Part shown: positions 28,632-39,838 of the stretch, piece by piece | Position numbering within the stretch: the first letter of the stretch is position 1 | How the letters are laid out: every line of letters starts with the position of its first letter | From: Bacteroidetes bacterium 24-39-8 | GTDB taxonomy: Bacteria > Bacteroidota > Bacteroidia > Chitinophagales > Chitinophagaceae | Direction of reading: 5' to 3' | Assembly (NCBI GenBank): GCA_002256765.1 | Contig: NCHJ01000002.1 | Span: 225 to 64,224, forward strand | DNA: 64,000 nt | Notes under the pieces: generated by a model | Database searches by the model: none | Seen by the model: only the letters and a program-made list of their open reading frames with translations | What the model was told of the DNA's origin: nothing | Program-made: the position numbers and the translations under genes

Positions 28632-31600
28632 ATGAAAAAATTAGTTTGTTACTTGTTTCTACCCTTGCTAGCAGCCTGCTTTCAACCGGTATTTGCACAG
28701 GATGCACCCGCTGCCCAAATAGTTTTGAGGGGAAAGATCACGGATAAAAAAGACAAGTCTCCCATTGCCCACGTATCTGTTGCAGAAGTGGACAAAGACG
28801 GAAGAATTGTTAGGGGTGTTACTACCGATATAGATGGTAACTACGCCCTTAAAATTTCTAATCCCAACCACAAGGTTTCTATTTCTTATATTGGTTATAA
28901 AACAGAAGAAGTAGAAATTGCAAAAGGTAGAACTACTTTGAACATGGCTATTGAAGCCAATTCTGCCAACTCTTTGAATGATGTAATTGTTGTTGGTGGA
29001 AGAAGAACCGATAATGGTAACCTGAGTATCTCTGATAAAAACCTGACCATTGCCACTGCAAAAATTCAGGCAAAAGAGTTAGAAGAATTGGGAGCTGCTT
29101 CTATTGACCAAGCTTTACAAGGGCGTTTATCTGGTGTGGATATTACTTCTACTTCTGGAGATCCCGGAGCTGGTATGAGTATCCGTATCCGCGGTACTTC
29201 ATCTATTAATGCTGGAACAAATCCATTGATTGTAGTAGATGGTATGCCTTATGAAACCGCCATTCCTTCTGATTTTAACTTTGGTACGGCAGATGATCAA
29301 GGTTATGCGCAGTTATTAAATATTGCACCAGCGGATATTAAAGAGATTGTGGTTTTAAAAGATGCTGCCGCAACTGCTATGTGGGGTTCAAGAGCCGCTA
29401 ACGGGGTATTGTTAATCAGTACCAAACGCGGAATCATTGGTAAACCTACTTTGAACTATTCATTTAAAGGAATCCGTTCTCAACAACCCAAGACCATTCC
29501 TATGTTGAATGGTGATCAATATTCCAACTTGATTCCGGAAGAAGTAATGAACAGAACCGGTACTCCTTTGAATACCCAAACAGTTAAAGAGTTTGCCTAC
29601 GATCCCAACGACCCTTACAACTATAATAACTACGGTCAAAACACCGATTGGATTGGCGCTATTACTCAAATTGGATACGCTCAAGACCATAACTTATCAT
29701 TAACTGGTGGTGGTCAAAAAGCTAGGTATTTTGCCTCTTTGGGATATTTTAATCAAACAGGTACCACCATTGGAACCAGCTTGACTAGGATCAACACCCG
29801 TATTAACTTAGACTATATTGTTTCTGAAAGAATCAAATTCCGTACAGATATTGCTTATACTTTTACAGACAATCCCAAAGGATATAGTCCGGGTTCTCAG
29901 GCCAACGAAATCAGAAACGTGGCTTTGAACAAAATGCCCAACATGAGTATTTACGAATACAATGAACAGGGCGTTCTTACTCCTAACTATTTTTCACCTT
30001 CTCAAAATATTCAGGGTCAATATCCCGGTACCTATAACCCAGTTGCCATGGCTAATTCCGCCAAGAATAGGGTTTATGGAAACAGGATTACCCCACACTT
30101 TAACCTTTCTTACGAAATTATTCCTAGAACCTTAGTATTGAATGGTGATATTCAGTTTGATATCAATAGTACCAAGAACAATACTTTCTTACCACAGATT
30201 GCAACCGGTAGACCCGTTACAGAAACCGTGGTGAATAGGGCCTATAATGGTGACTTTGATGGTTTCAACGTTCAGTCAAAAACCAATTTGGTATTCACTC
30301 CTCAATTAAAAGGTGACCATAGTTTAACTTCTTTGTTGTCTTTTCAAACCTATGACAACAAAACCATTTCTAACCAGACCCTTACTTCTAACTCTGCCTC
30401 TTCATTGTTACAAGATCCAGCCTCTCCTGCAAGAACACAGAACCAAGACTTGAGTATTGCAGCAGGTTTTGCTCAAACCAGAACCATTGGTTTATTGTGG
30501 AATGCGCAGTATGATTACAAGGGTAAATATATTGTGAATGGAGGTATTAGAATGGACGCAAGTTCAAGATTTGGTCCTGCTCAACGCTATGGATACTTTC
30601 CTTCTATTTCTACCAAATGGAGGGTGAGCGCAGAAAACTTTATGAAGGATGTAAAGTTTGTGAATGACTTGAGTTTGCGCGCTAGTTATGGTCAGTCTGG
30701 TAACTCCCCTAGAAACGATTATAGTTTTTACAATAACTACGCCAGCAATGGTTGGTCTTATCAAGGACAAGGTGGTGTATATCCATCTTCTATGGAATTG
30801 AGTAACCTGAAATGGGAAGTCATCCACGGCTTGAACTTTGGTATGAACTTTATAGGTTTTAAAAATAGGGTCAATATTGACTTAGAAGTCTATCGCAACC
30901 GCACAAAGGATTTGTTATTCTATGGTTTGCAAATTCCAACATTTATGGGATACAGTGCGGTGGATATGAACGTGGGTGTTTTGGACAACCAAGGTTGGGA
31001 GTTAAACATTATGACTACACCGGTTAAAACCAAAGATTGGGTGGTTGATTTCAACTTCAACATTTCACAGAACCAAAATATTATTCGTGAAATGAGTCCC
31101 TATTATCCAAAGCAAAATCGGACCGCTTTAACGGCTAATGGTCAATACCAAGCTTTCTTGCAAATCAATAACCCTTTTGGTTCTATTTATGGATACCGTT
31201 TTCAAGGTGTTTATCCTGATAAAGCCAGTACCGTTGCTACAGATGCAAAAGGCGCACCTATTGTTGGACCAAATGGTCAAGCAGTCTATATGCGATTCAA
31301 CTATCCTCAAACAGATTATATTTTCCAACCTGGTGATGCCAAGTATGAAGACATTAACAAAGACGGTAGTATTGACTACAAAGACGTTGTTTATTTAGGT
31401 AATAGTAACCCTAAATTATCTGGTGGTTTTGGTCCAAGTATTACTTATAAGAAGAACCTGAAAATTTCTGCCTTCTTCAACTTCCGTTACGGTTACGATG
31501 TAGTGAATGGTACACAAATGACTACTACTAATATGTATGGTTTCAACAATCAGAGCACGGCTGTTTTAAGAAGATGGAGAAATCCAGGTGATCAAACAGA

Positions 31601-31913
31601 TATTCCTAGGGCTTTGTGGAACACTGGTTTTAACTGGTTGGGTAGTGACCGATATGTGCAAGACGCTTCTTTCTTGCGTTTCCGCAGTATCACTGCTCGT
31701 TACACATTTGACCAAAAACTGTTGAAAAGAATTGGCATGAAAAGCTTGAGCGCTTACTTCACGGCTGAAAACCTAATCACATTTACTAACTATACGGGTC
31801 AAGATCCGGAAGTAGCACCAAGAGGAATTACCGGTCCATTCACCATTGTTACGGATAATAGCACAACGCCTCCTGTAATGATGTTGACCATTGGTTTAAC
31901 CACTTCATTTTAA
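28632..31913 (+). CDS. susC: SusC/RagA TonB-dependent transporter 1
   Basis: IRIRGTSS, PLIVVDG, LKDAAATAMWGSRAANGVLLISTKRG, YTGQDPE, C-terminal F. Confidence 0.96.
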   Translation: MKKLVCYLFLPLLAACFQPVFAQDAPAAQIVLRGKITDKKDKSPIAHVSVAEVDKDGRIVRGVTTDIDGNYALKISNPNHKVSISYIGYKTEEVEIAKGRTTLNMAIEANSANSLNDVIVVGGRRTDNGNLSISDKNLTIATAKIQAKELEELGAASIDQALQGRLSGVDITSTSGDPGAGMSIRIRGTSSINAGTNPLIVVDGMPYETAIPSDFNFGTADDQGYAQLLNIAPADIKEIVVLKDAAATAMWGSRAANGVLLISTKRGIIGKPTLNYSFKGIRSQQPKTIPMLNGDQYSNLIPEEVMNRTGTPLNTQTVKEFAYDPNDPYNYNNYGQNTDWIGAITQIGYAQDHNLSLTGGGQKARYFASLGYFNQTGTTIGTSLTRINTRINLDYIVSERIKFRTDIAYTFTDNPKGYSPGSQANEIRNVALNKMPNMSIYEYNEQGVLTPNYFSPSQNIQGQYPGTYNPVAMANSAKNRVYGNRITPHFNLSYEIIPRTLVLNGDIQFDINSTKNNTFLPQIATGRPVTETVVNRAYNGDFDGFNVQSKTNLVFTPQLKGDHSLTSLLSFQTYDNKTISNQTLTSNSASSLLQDPASPARTQNQDLSIAAGFAQTRTIGLLWNAQYDYKGKYIVNGGIRMDASSRFGPAQRYGYFPSISTKWRVSAENFMKDVKFVNDLSLRASYGQSGNSPRNDYSFYNNYASNGWSYQGQGGVYPSSMELSNLKWEVIHGLNFGMNFIGFKNRVNIDLEVYRNRTKDLLFYGLQIPTFMGYSAVDMNVGVLDNQGWELNIMTTPVKTKDWVVDFNFNISQNQNIIREMSPYYPKQNRTALTANGQYQAFLQINNPFGSIYGYRFQGVYPDKASTVATDAKGAPIVGPNGQAVYMRFNYPQTDYIFQPGDAKYEDINKDGSIDYKDVVYLGNSNPKLSGGFGPSITYKKNLKISAFFNFRYGYDVVNGTQMTTTNMYGFNNQSTAVLRRWRNPGDQTDIPRALWNTGFNWLGSDRYVQDASFLRFRSITARYTFDQKLLKRIGMKSLSAYFTAENLITFTNYTGQDPEVAPRGITGPFTIVTDNSTTPPVMMLTIGLTTSF

Positions 31914-31933
31914 ACTATCTGAAAACGCTAGAA

Positions 31934-33439
31934 ATGACCAAGAGAAAATTAATATTGGGTGTTGTTGCACTAATGGTGTTTTCCATGCTCTCCACCTCAT
32001 GCAAAAAATGGCTCACATTGCAACCACAGGATGGGATAACCCGTCAGGAGTTTTGGAAAACAAAGGAACAAATTCAGTCTGCTGTTACAGGGGTCTATGC
32101 ATCTCTATTGGGTGATCCAAATAATCGTGACAAACCGCTAAGTGAATACCTTTTCTTATGGGGTGAACTAAGGGCAGATATGATTACCAATGGTATTGGA
32201 GTGACCAATGATGAGTTAGACGTGATGTATGTAAATACGCTGCCTACCAATAGTATCACCCAATGGTCAGCTGTTTACAAAACCATCAACTACTGTAATA
32301 CCGTAATTGATTTTGCACCCGGTGTTATTGAAAATGATAATACCCTTACCCAAACACAATTAAAGGCCTATTTAGCAGAAGCAAGGGCTTTGAGGGGTCT
32401 CATGTATTTCTATTTGGCTAGAAGTTTCCGTGACGTACCACTTAAAATAAAATCTACTTCAAGTGATGTGGACTTAGAACTCTTACCAAAGTCTACTGGT
32501 GAGAAAGTGATGGCACAGGTGTTGGCCGATTTAAAATATGCAGACAGCAACGCCGTTTTCACTTATGGTAACGCTGCAATGGATAAAGGAAGGATTACAA
32601 AATATACCGTAAAGGCCATGTTGGCCGATGTGTATCTCTGGCAAGACCAATACCAAGAAGCTGCTGACGCTTGCGATTTCATTATCAACTCTGGTCAGTT
32701 TGGTTTGGTAAGAGGTGATGATGGTTGGTTTAACACCCTTTATTACAAAGGCAATTCTTCTGAATCCATTTTTGAATTTCAGTTTGATCAACAAAAGCTG
32801 AATAGTTTTTATGGCATGTTTACTACCAGTAGGGCTAGGTTTTTTGCCAATCCTTATGTGATGGAGCAGGTTTATACCATTGACTTTGTGGATGATACCA
32901 AAAAAGATATAAGAGGAGAATGGGGTTCTGTGAGAACTAGTGATAATGCCCTTTGGAAATACCTAGGTGTGAATCCTGGTAGTATCCGTTCTGCAGATGC
33001 TTCATGGGCCCATTGGATGGTGTATAGATACGCAGATATTTTATTAATGAAAGCTGAAGCGCTGAACCAAATTGGTGGAAGAGGAACCGAAGCCATTCAA
33101 TTGATTAACACCGTAAGAACCAGAGCTGCAGCACTAGATGCTACCAATACAAACCCGGATCCTACTAACAAAAATGACATGACCGATTATATCTTGGCTG
33201 AGCGTGCAAGAGAATTGTCATTTGAGGGTAAGCGATGGTACGATATATTGCGCAACGCCAAGCGCAATAATTATCAGCGCAAAGACATTTTGTTAAACAT
33301 GGTTGCTAGATCAGTTCCTGGTGCTAGACAACAAAGCGCCATTAATAAATACCAAAATCCAGACGCGCATTATTTTCCTATTTATTTCAATGAAATATTG
33401 CTTGATCCAAACTTAGTTCAAAACCCTTTTTATAAATAA
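31934..33439 (+). CDS. susD: SusD/RagB lipoprotein 1
   Basis: TSC lipobox, EARALRG..YF, YRYADILLMKAEA, ERARELSFEGKRWYD, LVQNP. Confidence 0.95.
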   Translation: MTKRKLILGVVALMVFSMLSTSCKKWLTLQPQDGITRQEFWKTKEQIQSAVTGVYASLLGDPNNRDKPLSEYLFLWGELRADMITNGIGVTNDELDVMYVNTLPTNSITQWSAVYKTINYCNTVIDFAPGVIENDNTLTQTQLKAYLAEARALRGLMYFYLARSFRDVPLKIKSTSSDVDLELLPKSTGEKVMAQVLADLKYADSNAVFTYGNAAMDKGRITKYTVKAMLADVYLWQDQYQEAADACDFIINSGQFGLVRGDDGWFNTLYYKGNSSESIFEFQFDQQKLNSFYGMFTTSRARFFANPYVMEQVYTIDFVDDTKKDIRGEWGSVRTSDNALWKYLGVNPGSIRSADASWAHWMVYRYADILLMKAEALNQIGGRGTEAIQLINTVRTRAAALDATNTNPDPTNKNDMTDYILAERARELSFEGKRWYDILRNAKRNNYQRKDILLNMVARSVPGARQQSAINKYQNPDAHYFPIYFNEILLDPNLVQNPFYK

Positions 33440-33456
33440 TAGTCAAAGAAACACAC

Positions 33457-35124
33457 ATGAAATTATTACAACAATTAAAATGGTCTTTCTGCGCCGGTTT
33501 GCTGGTTCTGGGTCTGTTTGCTTGCAAAAAGCAACAGTTTGACCTGTTGACTACTACTGATGTGAACATAGTTGACTACCTGCGTAAAAATCCAGAACAG
33601 TATTCAGAACTAGTAAAGGCTTTGGATAAAACCAATATTAGTCCATACCTGAATGCATATGGTACTTATACCTTGTTTGCTCCTACTAACGAAGCTTTTA
33701 AATTATACCTAAAAGAAGTTGGTAAGAATTCGGTGGATGAATTAGATGCAACAGAACTAAAAGATTTACTGCGTTTACATATTATCAATGATACCATCCG
33801 TTCAACTTCTTTTACAGATGGTAAATTGTATGCACCCACCATGCAAGGTCAATTTCTAACAACAGGTGTTGTTCCAGAGTCTGGTTCTACCATTGTAAAT
33901 AGACAAGCAATTGCCTTACAATTAAACATGCTTACCGGTAACGGATATGTACACGCAGTAGACCATGTATTAAAACCAGCTACCCTAACACTAGCCAAGC
34001 AAATTGAAGGAAATGCCAAATACAGTATTATCACCCAAGCTTTAAAAGAAACAGGTTGGTTTGATAGTTTGAATACCATTATTACTACGGATACTACCCG
34101 CAGATGGAGAACCTATTTATTAGAATCTGATTCTGTATTAAAAGTGGCAGGTTTTGCAACTTATGCAGCTTTCAAATCTAAATTTAGTAATACAGGTAAT
34201 CCAAAGAATCCAGCAGATAGTTTGAATCTCTATATTGCTTATCACATGTTGTTCGATATCAAATACATTGCTGATATTGTTTCTTTTACTTCACACAACA
34301 CTTATGCACCACAACAAGTGGTTACCCAACTGTTAGATGGTCAAAGCGTGTTATTAAATCAAGCCACTTTCAATAATGTATTTGAAAAAGGAATTCCAAT
34401 AAATAGAACCAATAGTGATCTACCAGCCACAAATGGAGTTCTACACAATTTGAACGAACAATTATTACTTAAAAAAAGAAACCCATTCCGTGTTGACTTT
34501 GATATTGCGGCTCAGCCGGAAATTATTAAACTAACTTCTATCTACCGAAAAAGAGGAAAAACACAAACATTTGCCTTAGGTCAGTTAAAAGACGTGACTT
34601 GGCAAAATGTAAATAGCACTCCTCAATACACTTCTGAAGCCGCAACAACTAGTAATCAATATTGGTGGGATGACCATTTTGACTTTAATATGCGTTTTGG
34701 TAACGCAGCCGCCAATAACTGGATTGAATTTAAAACCCCATTGATTGTAAAAGGTAAGTATAAGGTTTGGGTATGTTTTAGAAGATCAAGTGTGGGTCAG
34801 TTTATACAATTGTCTTTTGACGGAAACCCTACGCCTAAATTGATTAGCCTAACTACTGCCTTAAATGGAGCATTATCTGGTCCTGCTTTAGAAGCAACCA
34901 ATTATAAGCGTTATACTATAGTAACTACTAGTAATAATTTTGCTATGATGGCCGGTGTTATTGATGTAGCAACAACTGACAGGCACACACTCAGATTTAC
35001 TTGTGTAAGAGATCAGGGATCAGGAGCAAACAATACCAGTACCGTAGATTTTGTACAGTTTATTCCGGTAGACGATGACCAATTACGTCCATTATTCGGT
35101 AGGGATGGTACCATTTTACCATAA
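33457..35124 (+). CDS. Fasciclin-domain lipoprotein with a C-terminal beta-sandwich
   Basis: FAC lipobox, YTLFAPTNEAF, NGYVHAVDHVL, NGVLH, and C-terminal GKYKVW...VDFVQFIP. Confidence 0.85.
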   Translation: MKLLQQLKWSFCAGLLVLGLFACKKQQFDLLTTTDVNIVDYLRKNPEQYSELVKALDKTNISPYLNAYGTYTLFAPTNEAFKLYLKEVGKNSVDELDATELKDLLRLHIINDTIRSTSFTDGKLYAPTMQGQFLTTGVVPESGSTIVNRQAIALQLNMLTGNGYVHAVDHVLKPATLTLAKQIEGNAKYSIITQALKETGWFDSLNTIITTDTTRRWRTYLLESDSVLKVAGFATYAAFKSKFSNTGNPKNPADSLNLYIAYHMLFDIKYIADIVSFTSHNTYAPQQVVTQLLDGQSVLLNQATFNNVFEKGIPINRTNSDLPATNGVLHNLNEQLLLKKRNPFRVDFDIAAQPEIIKLTSIYRKRGKTQTFALGQLKDVTWQNVNSTPQYTSEAATTSNQYWWDDHFDFNMRFGNAAANNWIEFKTPLIVKGKYKVWVCFRRSSVGQFIQLSFDGNPTPKLISLTTALNGALSGPALEATNYKRYTIVTTSNNFAMMAGVIDVATTDRHTLRFTCVRDQGSGANNTSTVDFVQFIPVDDDQLRPLFGRDGTILP

Positions 35125-35152
35125 TTCATCAAAGAAATTTTTAAAATAAAAG

Positions 35153-36601
35153 ATGTTGCTTGTGAAAAATAGTAGATTATCAATTGTCATTGCCCTTTTG
35201 CTTGTTATGGCTATTGCTGCCTGCAAGAAGGGTTGGAAAGACCATAATGATAGCACCGATCCCAATCTAGGCTTGAACCTGATCACCGCCATCAAGGCAG
35301 ACCCAGAAGCTGCTCAATTTGTAACGCTGTTAACTAAGACAGGCTATGATAAAGTTTTAGCTAGTTCAAAACCTTTCACGGTTTGGGTTCCTAATAATAA
35401 TGCCATTGCGTCCCTTCCAGCAAATGTATTGGCAGACACTAATTTATTAAAGTCTTTTGTAGGTAATCATATTGCTAACGGAAGTATTACTTCAGGGGTT
35501 ACTGGAACTCAGCGTATTCCCATGTTGAATGGTAAATATGCTAACCTGAATAATCTGCAATTAGACTCTTCGTCAATAGTAACGTCTAATAAATATTGCA
35601 GCAATGGATTGTATAATCTCATGGATAAATTTGTTCCAGTAAAAGACAATTGCTGGCAGTGGTTACTCAATAGCACTGGCTTTACTAGCAGCAAAAACTT
35701 TTTCCTTTCTTTAAACTATACTTATTTTGATTCAGCTTCTGCTACGCAAACTGGTGTAGACCCCAATACTGGACAACCAGTTTACAAACCAGGCACGGGT
35801 CTTAGTACTAGGAACCGTTTCTTGGATAATGTGATGAATGTATCTGATGAGAGCGCTGAATACACATTCATTATTTTAAATGACGCTTCTTTTGCAGCAG
35901 AAAATACCAAACTGACTCCTTGGTTCAAAACTACATCAGTAGATACTACCAATAATTTAGCAGGTAGCTGGTTGGTTAAAGACTTGGCGGTTCAAGGATC
36001 CTATAGTGCAGCACAATTACCCGATACCTTGGTTTCTCAATATGGTGTAAAAGTGCCTATTGACAAAACAAAAATCCTTAGCTCTATTAAAACCAGTAAT
36101 GGTTGGGTGCATACTATGAGTCAGGTAAATTTTACTTTGGCCAATAAATTTCCACCCATTATAATTGAAGGTGAAAACCCAACTGGTTTTGCCGCAGAAA
36201 GAACGGCTCAATTACTATTTAGAAACAGATTAAATCCAAATACAGGGCAAAATTTTAAAGATATTCTGATACAGAACTACAGTTTTGCCAGTTACTGGGT
36301 GCGTTATTTGGCCAAAAACATGAATAGCATGCGTTACAATGCTTTCTGGGTTGCTGTAAACGATGTGCAAACCACCCCATTATGGTCCCAGCGATTGGGT
36401 GTTGATAGTGTAACAACAAAAGGAAATTTTCCTTATATCACTGTGGCCAATAAAAACTATAATGAAGTTTCACTAGGCACTTTTACAGTACCTAGGTACA
36501 AAGACTTGAACTTATTCTTGATTGGAGCCAATTCCTCTTCTAGTTCAGGGGGTGGTGTTTCTGTATCAGTTGATTATATAAAACTGGTTCCTGCTTTCTA
36601 A
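35153..36601 (+). CDS. Fasciclin-domain lipoprotein
   Basis: AAC lipobox, FTVWVPNNNAI, NHI, SNGWVH, and C-terminal VDYIKLVP. Confidence 0.82.
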   Translation: MLLVKNSRLSIVIALLLVMAIAACKKGWKDHNDSTDPNLGLNLITAIKADPEAAQFVTLLTKTGYDKVLASSKPFTVWVPNNNAIASLPANVLADTNLLKSFVGNHIANGSITSGVTGTQRIPMLNGKYANLNNLQLDSSSIVTSNKYCSNGLYNLMDKFVPVKDNCWQWLLNSTGFTSSKNFFLSLNYTYFDSASATQTGVDPNTGQPVYKPGTGLSTRNRFLDNVMNVSDESAEYTFIILNDASFAAENTKLTPWFKTTSVDTTNNLAGSWLVKDLAVQGSYSAAQLPDTLVSQYGVKVPIDKTKILSSIKTSNGWVHTMSQVNFTLANKFPPIIIEGENPTGFAAERTAQLLFRNRLNPNTGQNFKDILIQNYSFASYWVRYLAKNMNSMRYNAFWVAVNDVQTTPLWSQRLGVDSVTTKGNFPYITVANKNYNEVSLGTFTVPRYKDLNLFLIGANSSSSSGGGVSVSVDYIKLVPAF

Positions 36602-36634
36602 CAATCCTATAAACGTTTAGCATAATAGACCATC

Positions 36635-39600
36635 ATGCGAGTATCCATTAAAATAGTAACCTGCTTTCTTTTGGCTACGGCTGGTTTAACCAATAACCAG
36701 TTGTTGGCTCAAAAAGCAAACAGTGCTCAAACAAAAAAGACAGCAGAAGCCCAAACAGTTAGTGGTATAGTTAAGGAGGCTGCTACAGGCAAGCCCCTTA
36801 ATGCCATTAGTGTTACAGTAGAGGGATTTTCTGCAGCGCTTACTGATGACAAGGGTAAGTTCAATATTAAAGTACCGGGTAAATCAGCTACCATTATATT
36901 TAGTGGAGAAGGTTTTCAAACCAAGGAAACAGCGCTTAGGGGTAGAACAGATTTGACTGTTTCGCTCTTTGAAGAGAGTTTCAATTCTATCTATGACCAA
37001 GTAAAATTACCTGCTGGCGATAAACGTGGTACACAAACAGGTTTGGCGGTTAATAGTATTAATTCAAATGGTAACTGGGGTAGAACCAACGAGACCACGG
37101 ATGGTTTCTTGCAAGGTAGGGCTGCGGGTTTAAATGGAACCATGCGTTCTGGTACACCCAATGCAGGTGCTTATTTGAATATCAGAGGTTTGAATTCCAT
37201 ATATACCAATAACCAACCTTTAGTAGTGGTGGATGGAGCTATTTATGATATTGGCGACTATGGTAGTTCTGTCATTGGAAATCATTATACCAATGCGTTG
37301 GCAATGATTGATCCAAAAGACATTGAAAATATAACCATTATCAAAGATGGTACTTCTACTTATGGAACCAAGGGCGCTAATGGCGTAATCAATATCACTA
37401 CTATTCACGCTAAAGAACAAGCTACTAAAATTGATTTTGGTGTTTTTGCTGGTGTAAACCAAGCGCCTAAAAATTTACCAGTAATGGAATCTGCTGACTA
37501 CCGTGTTTATGCTGCAGATTTATTGCGTTCAAGAGGTATGACAAATGCTGAGATTCAGGCCCAACCTTTTATGAATGATAATACCAGCAACCCTGACTAT
37601 TATCGTTACCACAATGAAACCAACTGGCAGAATCAAGTACTGTCTAATAGTGCTTCTACTAATTATTATTTAAAAGTTACCGGCGGTGATAATATTGCCA
37701 AGTATGCCCTTTCTCTTGGATATGGAAGCAACAATGGTGTAACCGATAATACCAAGATGACCAAATACAATGTGCGTTTTAATGGTGATTTGAATATTAG
37801 CAGGCGCTTAACTGCTGCAACTAATTTCTCTTTTACCTATTATGACCACTTGATCAAGGATCAAGGAATTGCTCCAAAAACAAATCCACTTTATTTGGCT
37901 CAAACAAAAGCACCGTTTTTAAATACCAATGAAGTTGATAATGTTGGAAATGTTTCTCCTAACAGAGCAGACACAGATCTTTTTGGCATCAGTAACCCAA
38001 ATGCAGTGATTGAAAACATGTTTAATAGTAGTAAAGCCTATAGGTTTTACGGTACTATTGGTTTCAATTATGAATTAACAAACACCTTAAAACTTGGTAC
38101 CATTCTGGGTATCACATTTGACAAATCACGCGAACAAAGATTTGTACCAAGAAAAGGTGTTGCCAATGATAGTTTGCCCAATGCCATTGCCGATAGTCGC
38201 TTGGCAGGTAATGTAAGACGCATTAGCAATCTCTACAACGAAACATTTTTAGAGTACAATAAAAAATTCAATTCCCTACACCAGCTACAATTGAAAACTG
38301 GTTTGCGTTATATGAATTCTACCAATGAGCAGGATTTGCAAATTGGTTATAACTCTGCTACAGATGATTTTATCAGTGTTGGTACGGGTGTGAATACGCT
38401 GCGCAAAGTGGGTGGAGATATTGGTAAGTCTGCTTGGGTAAACTATTACCTGAGCGCCAACTATACTTATAATAACAAATGGTTTCTTTCTTATAATATG
38501 GCGGTTGACGGATCTTCTAGATTTGGTCAAGACGCACAAGAGGGAATTAAATTGGGTGGCAATAGTTTTGCCGTACTACCTTCTGTTTCTGCAGGATGGT
38601 TGGTGTCTTCTGAAAAATTCCTGGCAGGTGCTAAAAATCTAGACCTGTTGAAATTGCGCGCAAGCTTTGGCAAAACAGGCAATGATGATATTGGCAATTA
38701 TACTTCTAAGCAATCTTATATTTCTCAAGGTTTATTGGGTTTACAAGGTTTGGTTAGAGGTAATGTTGCTAACCCTCAATTGCAATGGGAAACTGGTACC
38801 CGCTTTAATATTGGCGCAGACCTTTCTTTGTTCAATGAGCGTTTGACTTTCTCTTTTGACTATTTCAGCAATAAGACTAACAAAATGTTGTCTTATGAAA
38901 ACCTGCCAACAGCTTCTGGATACCTGTATGCCATCTCTAATACAGGTGCTATGAAAAACACAGGCTTTGACTTTAGTGTTAATGCAAGATTGGTTAACCA
39001 ACGTCAATTCAAATGGGACTTGGGTCTTGTGCTTATGAAATACAAAGGCACCCTTACCCAATTGCCTCAGGATATTATTACTAATTATGGTGGTGCTAGT
39101 TTTCTATCAACAACAGGTGGTGTTGGTCCGGCTGTATTCTATGGTTTAAAATCTAATGGTGTATATGCAACCGACGCAGAAGCAACTGCAGCCAACTTAT
39201 TCAAAATGTTGCCCAATGGTAGTTTTGCTCCATACCAAGCAGGTGATGTGCGTTATATAGACACTAATGGAGACAAGATTATTGATGACCGCGACAGACA
39301 AAATATTGGTAACCCCAATCCAGATTATACTGGAGCGGTGACTTCTAAAATTAGCTGGAAGGCATTCACCCTTGACTTCTTATTCACTTTCAGTTCTGGT
39401 AACCAAGTATTCAATGGTGTTCGCAAATCATTAGAATCTCAGTCTGGCATGGAAAACCAATTATTGAGCGTGAACAATCGTTGGAGAGCACAGGGTCAAG
39501 TAACCAATATGCCAAAAGCAAGTTGGGGAGATCCCATGGGTAATGCTGCTTTCTCTGACAGGTGGATGGAAGACGGCTCTTTCTTCCGTATGAAAGCGGT

Positions 39601-39811
39601 AACACTGAACTACCATTTGCCATTGAAACCAACCAATTTGATCAAATATATTAGCCTCTATGCAACCGGTAATAACTTACTCACTTTTACAAAGTACCTA
39701 GGATATGATCCTGAGTTCTATAGTGCAGAGTCAGTATTTGCTAGGGGTGTTGATATGGGATTGGAACCTATTTCAAAATCAATTGTAGGCGGAATTAGGA
39801 TTGGACTTTAA
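36635..39811 (+). CDS. susC: SusC/RagA TonB-dependent transporter 2
   Basis: NIRGLNS, PLVVVDG, IKDGTSTYGTKGANGVINITT, WMEDGSFFR, YLGYDPE. Confidence 0.95.
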   Translation: MRVSIKIVTCFLLATAGLTNNQLLAQKANSAQTKKTAEAQTVSGIVKEAATGKPLNAISVTVEGFSAALTDDKGKFNIKVPGKSATIIFSGEGFQTKETALRGRTDLTVSLFEESFNSIYDQVKLPAGDKRGTQTGLAVNSINSNGNWGRTNETTDGFLQGRAAGLNGTMRSGTPNAGAYLNIRGLNSIYTNNQPLVVVDGAIYDIGDYGSSVIGNHYTNALAMIDPKDIENITIIKDGTSTYGTKGANGVINITTIHAKEQATKIDFGVFAGVNQAPKNLPVMESADYRVYAADLLRSRGMTNAEIQAQPFMNDNTSNPDYYRYHNETNWQNQVLSNSASTNYYLKVTGGDNIAKYALSLGYGSNNGVTDNTKMTKYNVRFNGDLNISRRLTAATNFSFTYYDHLIKDQGIAPKTNPLYLAQTKAPFLNTNEVDNVGNVSPNRADTDLFGISNPNAVIENMFNSSKAYRFYGTIGFNYELTNTLKLGTILGITFDKSREQRFVPRKGVANDSLPNAIADSRLAGNVRRISNLYNETFLEYNKKFNSLHQLQLKTGLRYMNSTNEQDLQIGYNSATDDFISVGTGVNTLRKVGGDIGKSAWVNYYLSANYTYNNKWFLSYNMAVDGSSRFGQDAQEGIKLGGNSFAVLPSVSAGWLVSSEKFLAGAKNLDLLKLRASFGKTGNDDIGNYTSKQSYISQGLLGLQGLVRGNVANPQLQWETGTRFNIGADLSLFNERLTFSFDYFSNKTNKMLSYENLPTASGYLYAISNTGAMKNTGFDFSVNARLVNQRQFKWDLGLVLMKYKGTLTQLPQDIITNYGGASFLSTTGGVGPAVFYGLKSNGVYATDAEATAANLFKMLPNGSFAPYQAGDVRYIDTNGDKIIDDRDRQNIGNPNPDYTGAVTSKISWKAFTLDFLFTFSSGNQVFNGVRKSLESQSGMENQLLSVNNRWRAQGQVTNMPKASWGDPMGNAAFSDRWMEDGSFFRMKAVTLNYHLPLKPTNLIKYISLYATGNNLLTFTKYLGYDPEFYSAESVFARGVDMGLEPISKSIVGGIRIGL

Positions 39812-39838
39812 TCAAGTATTTAAAAGGGATTTTCAATT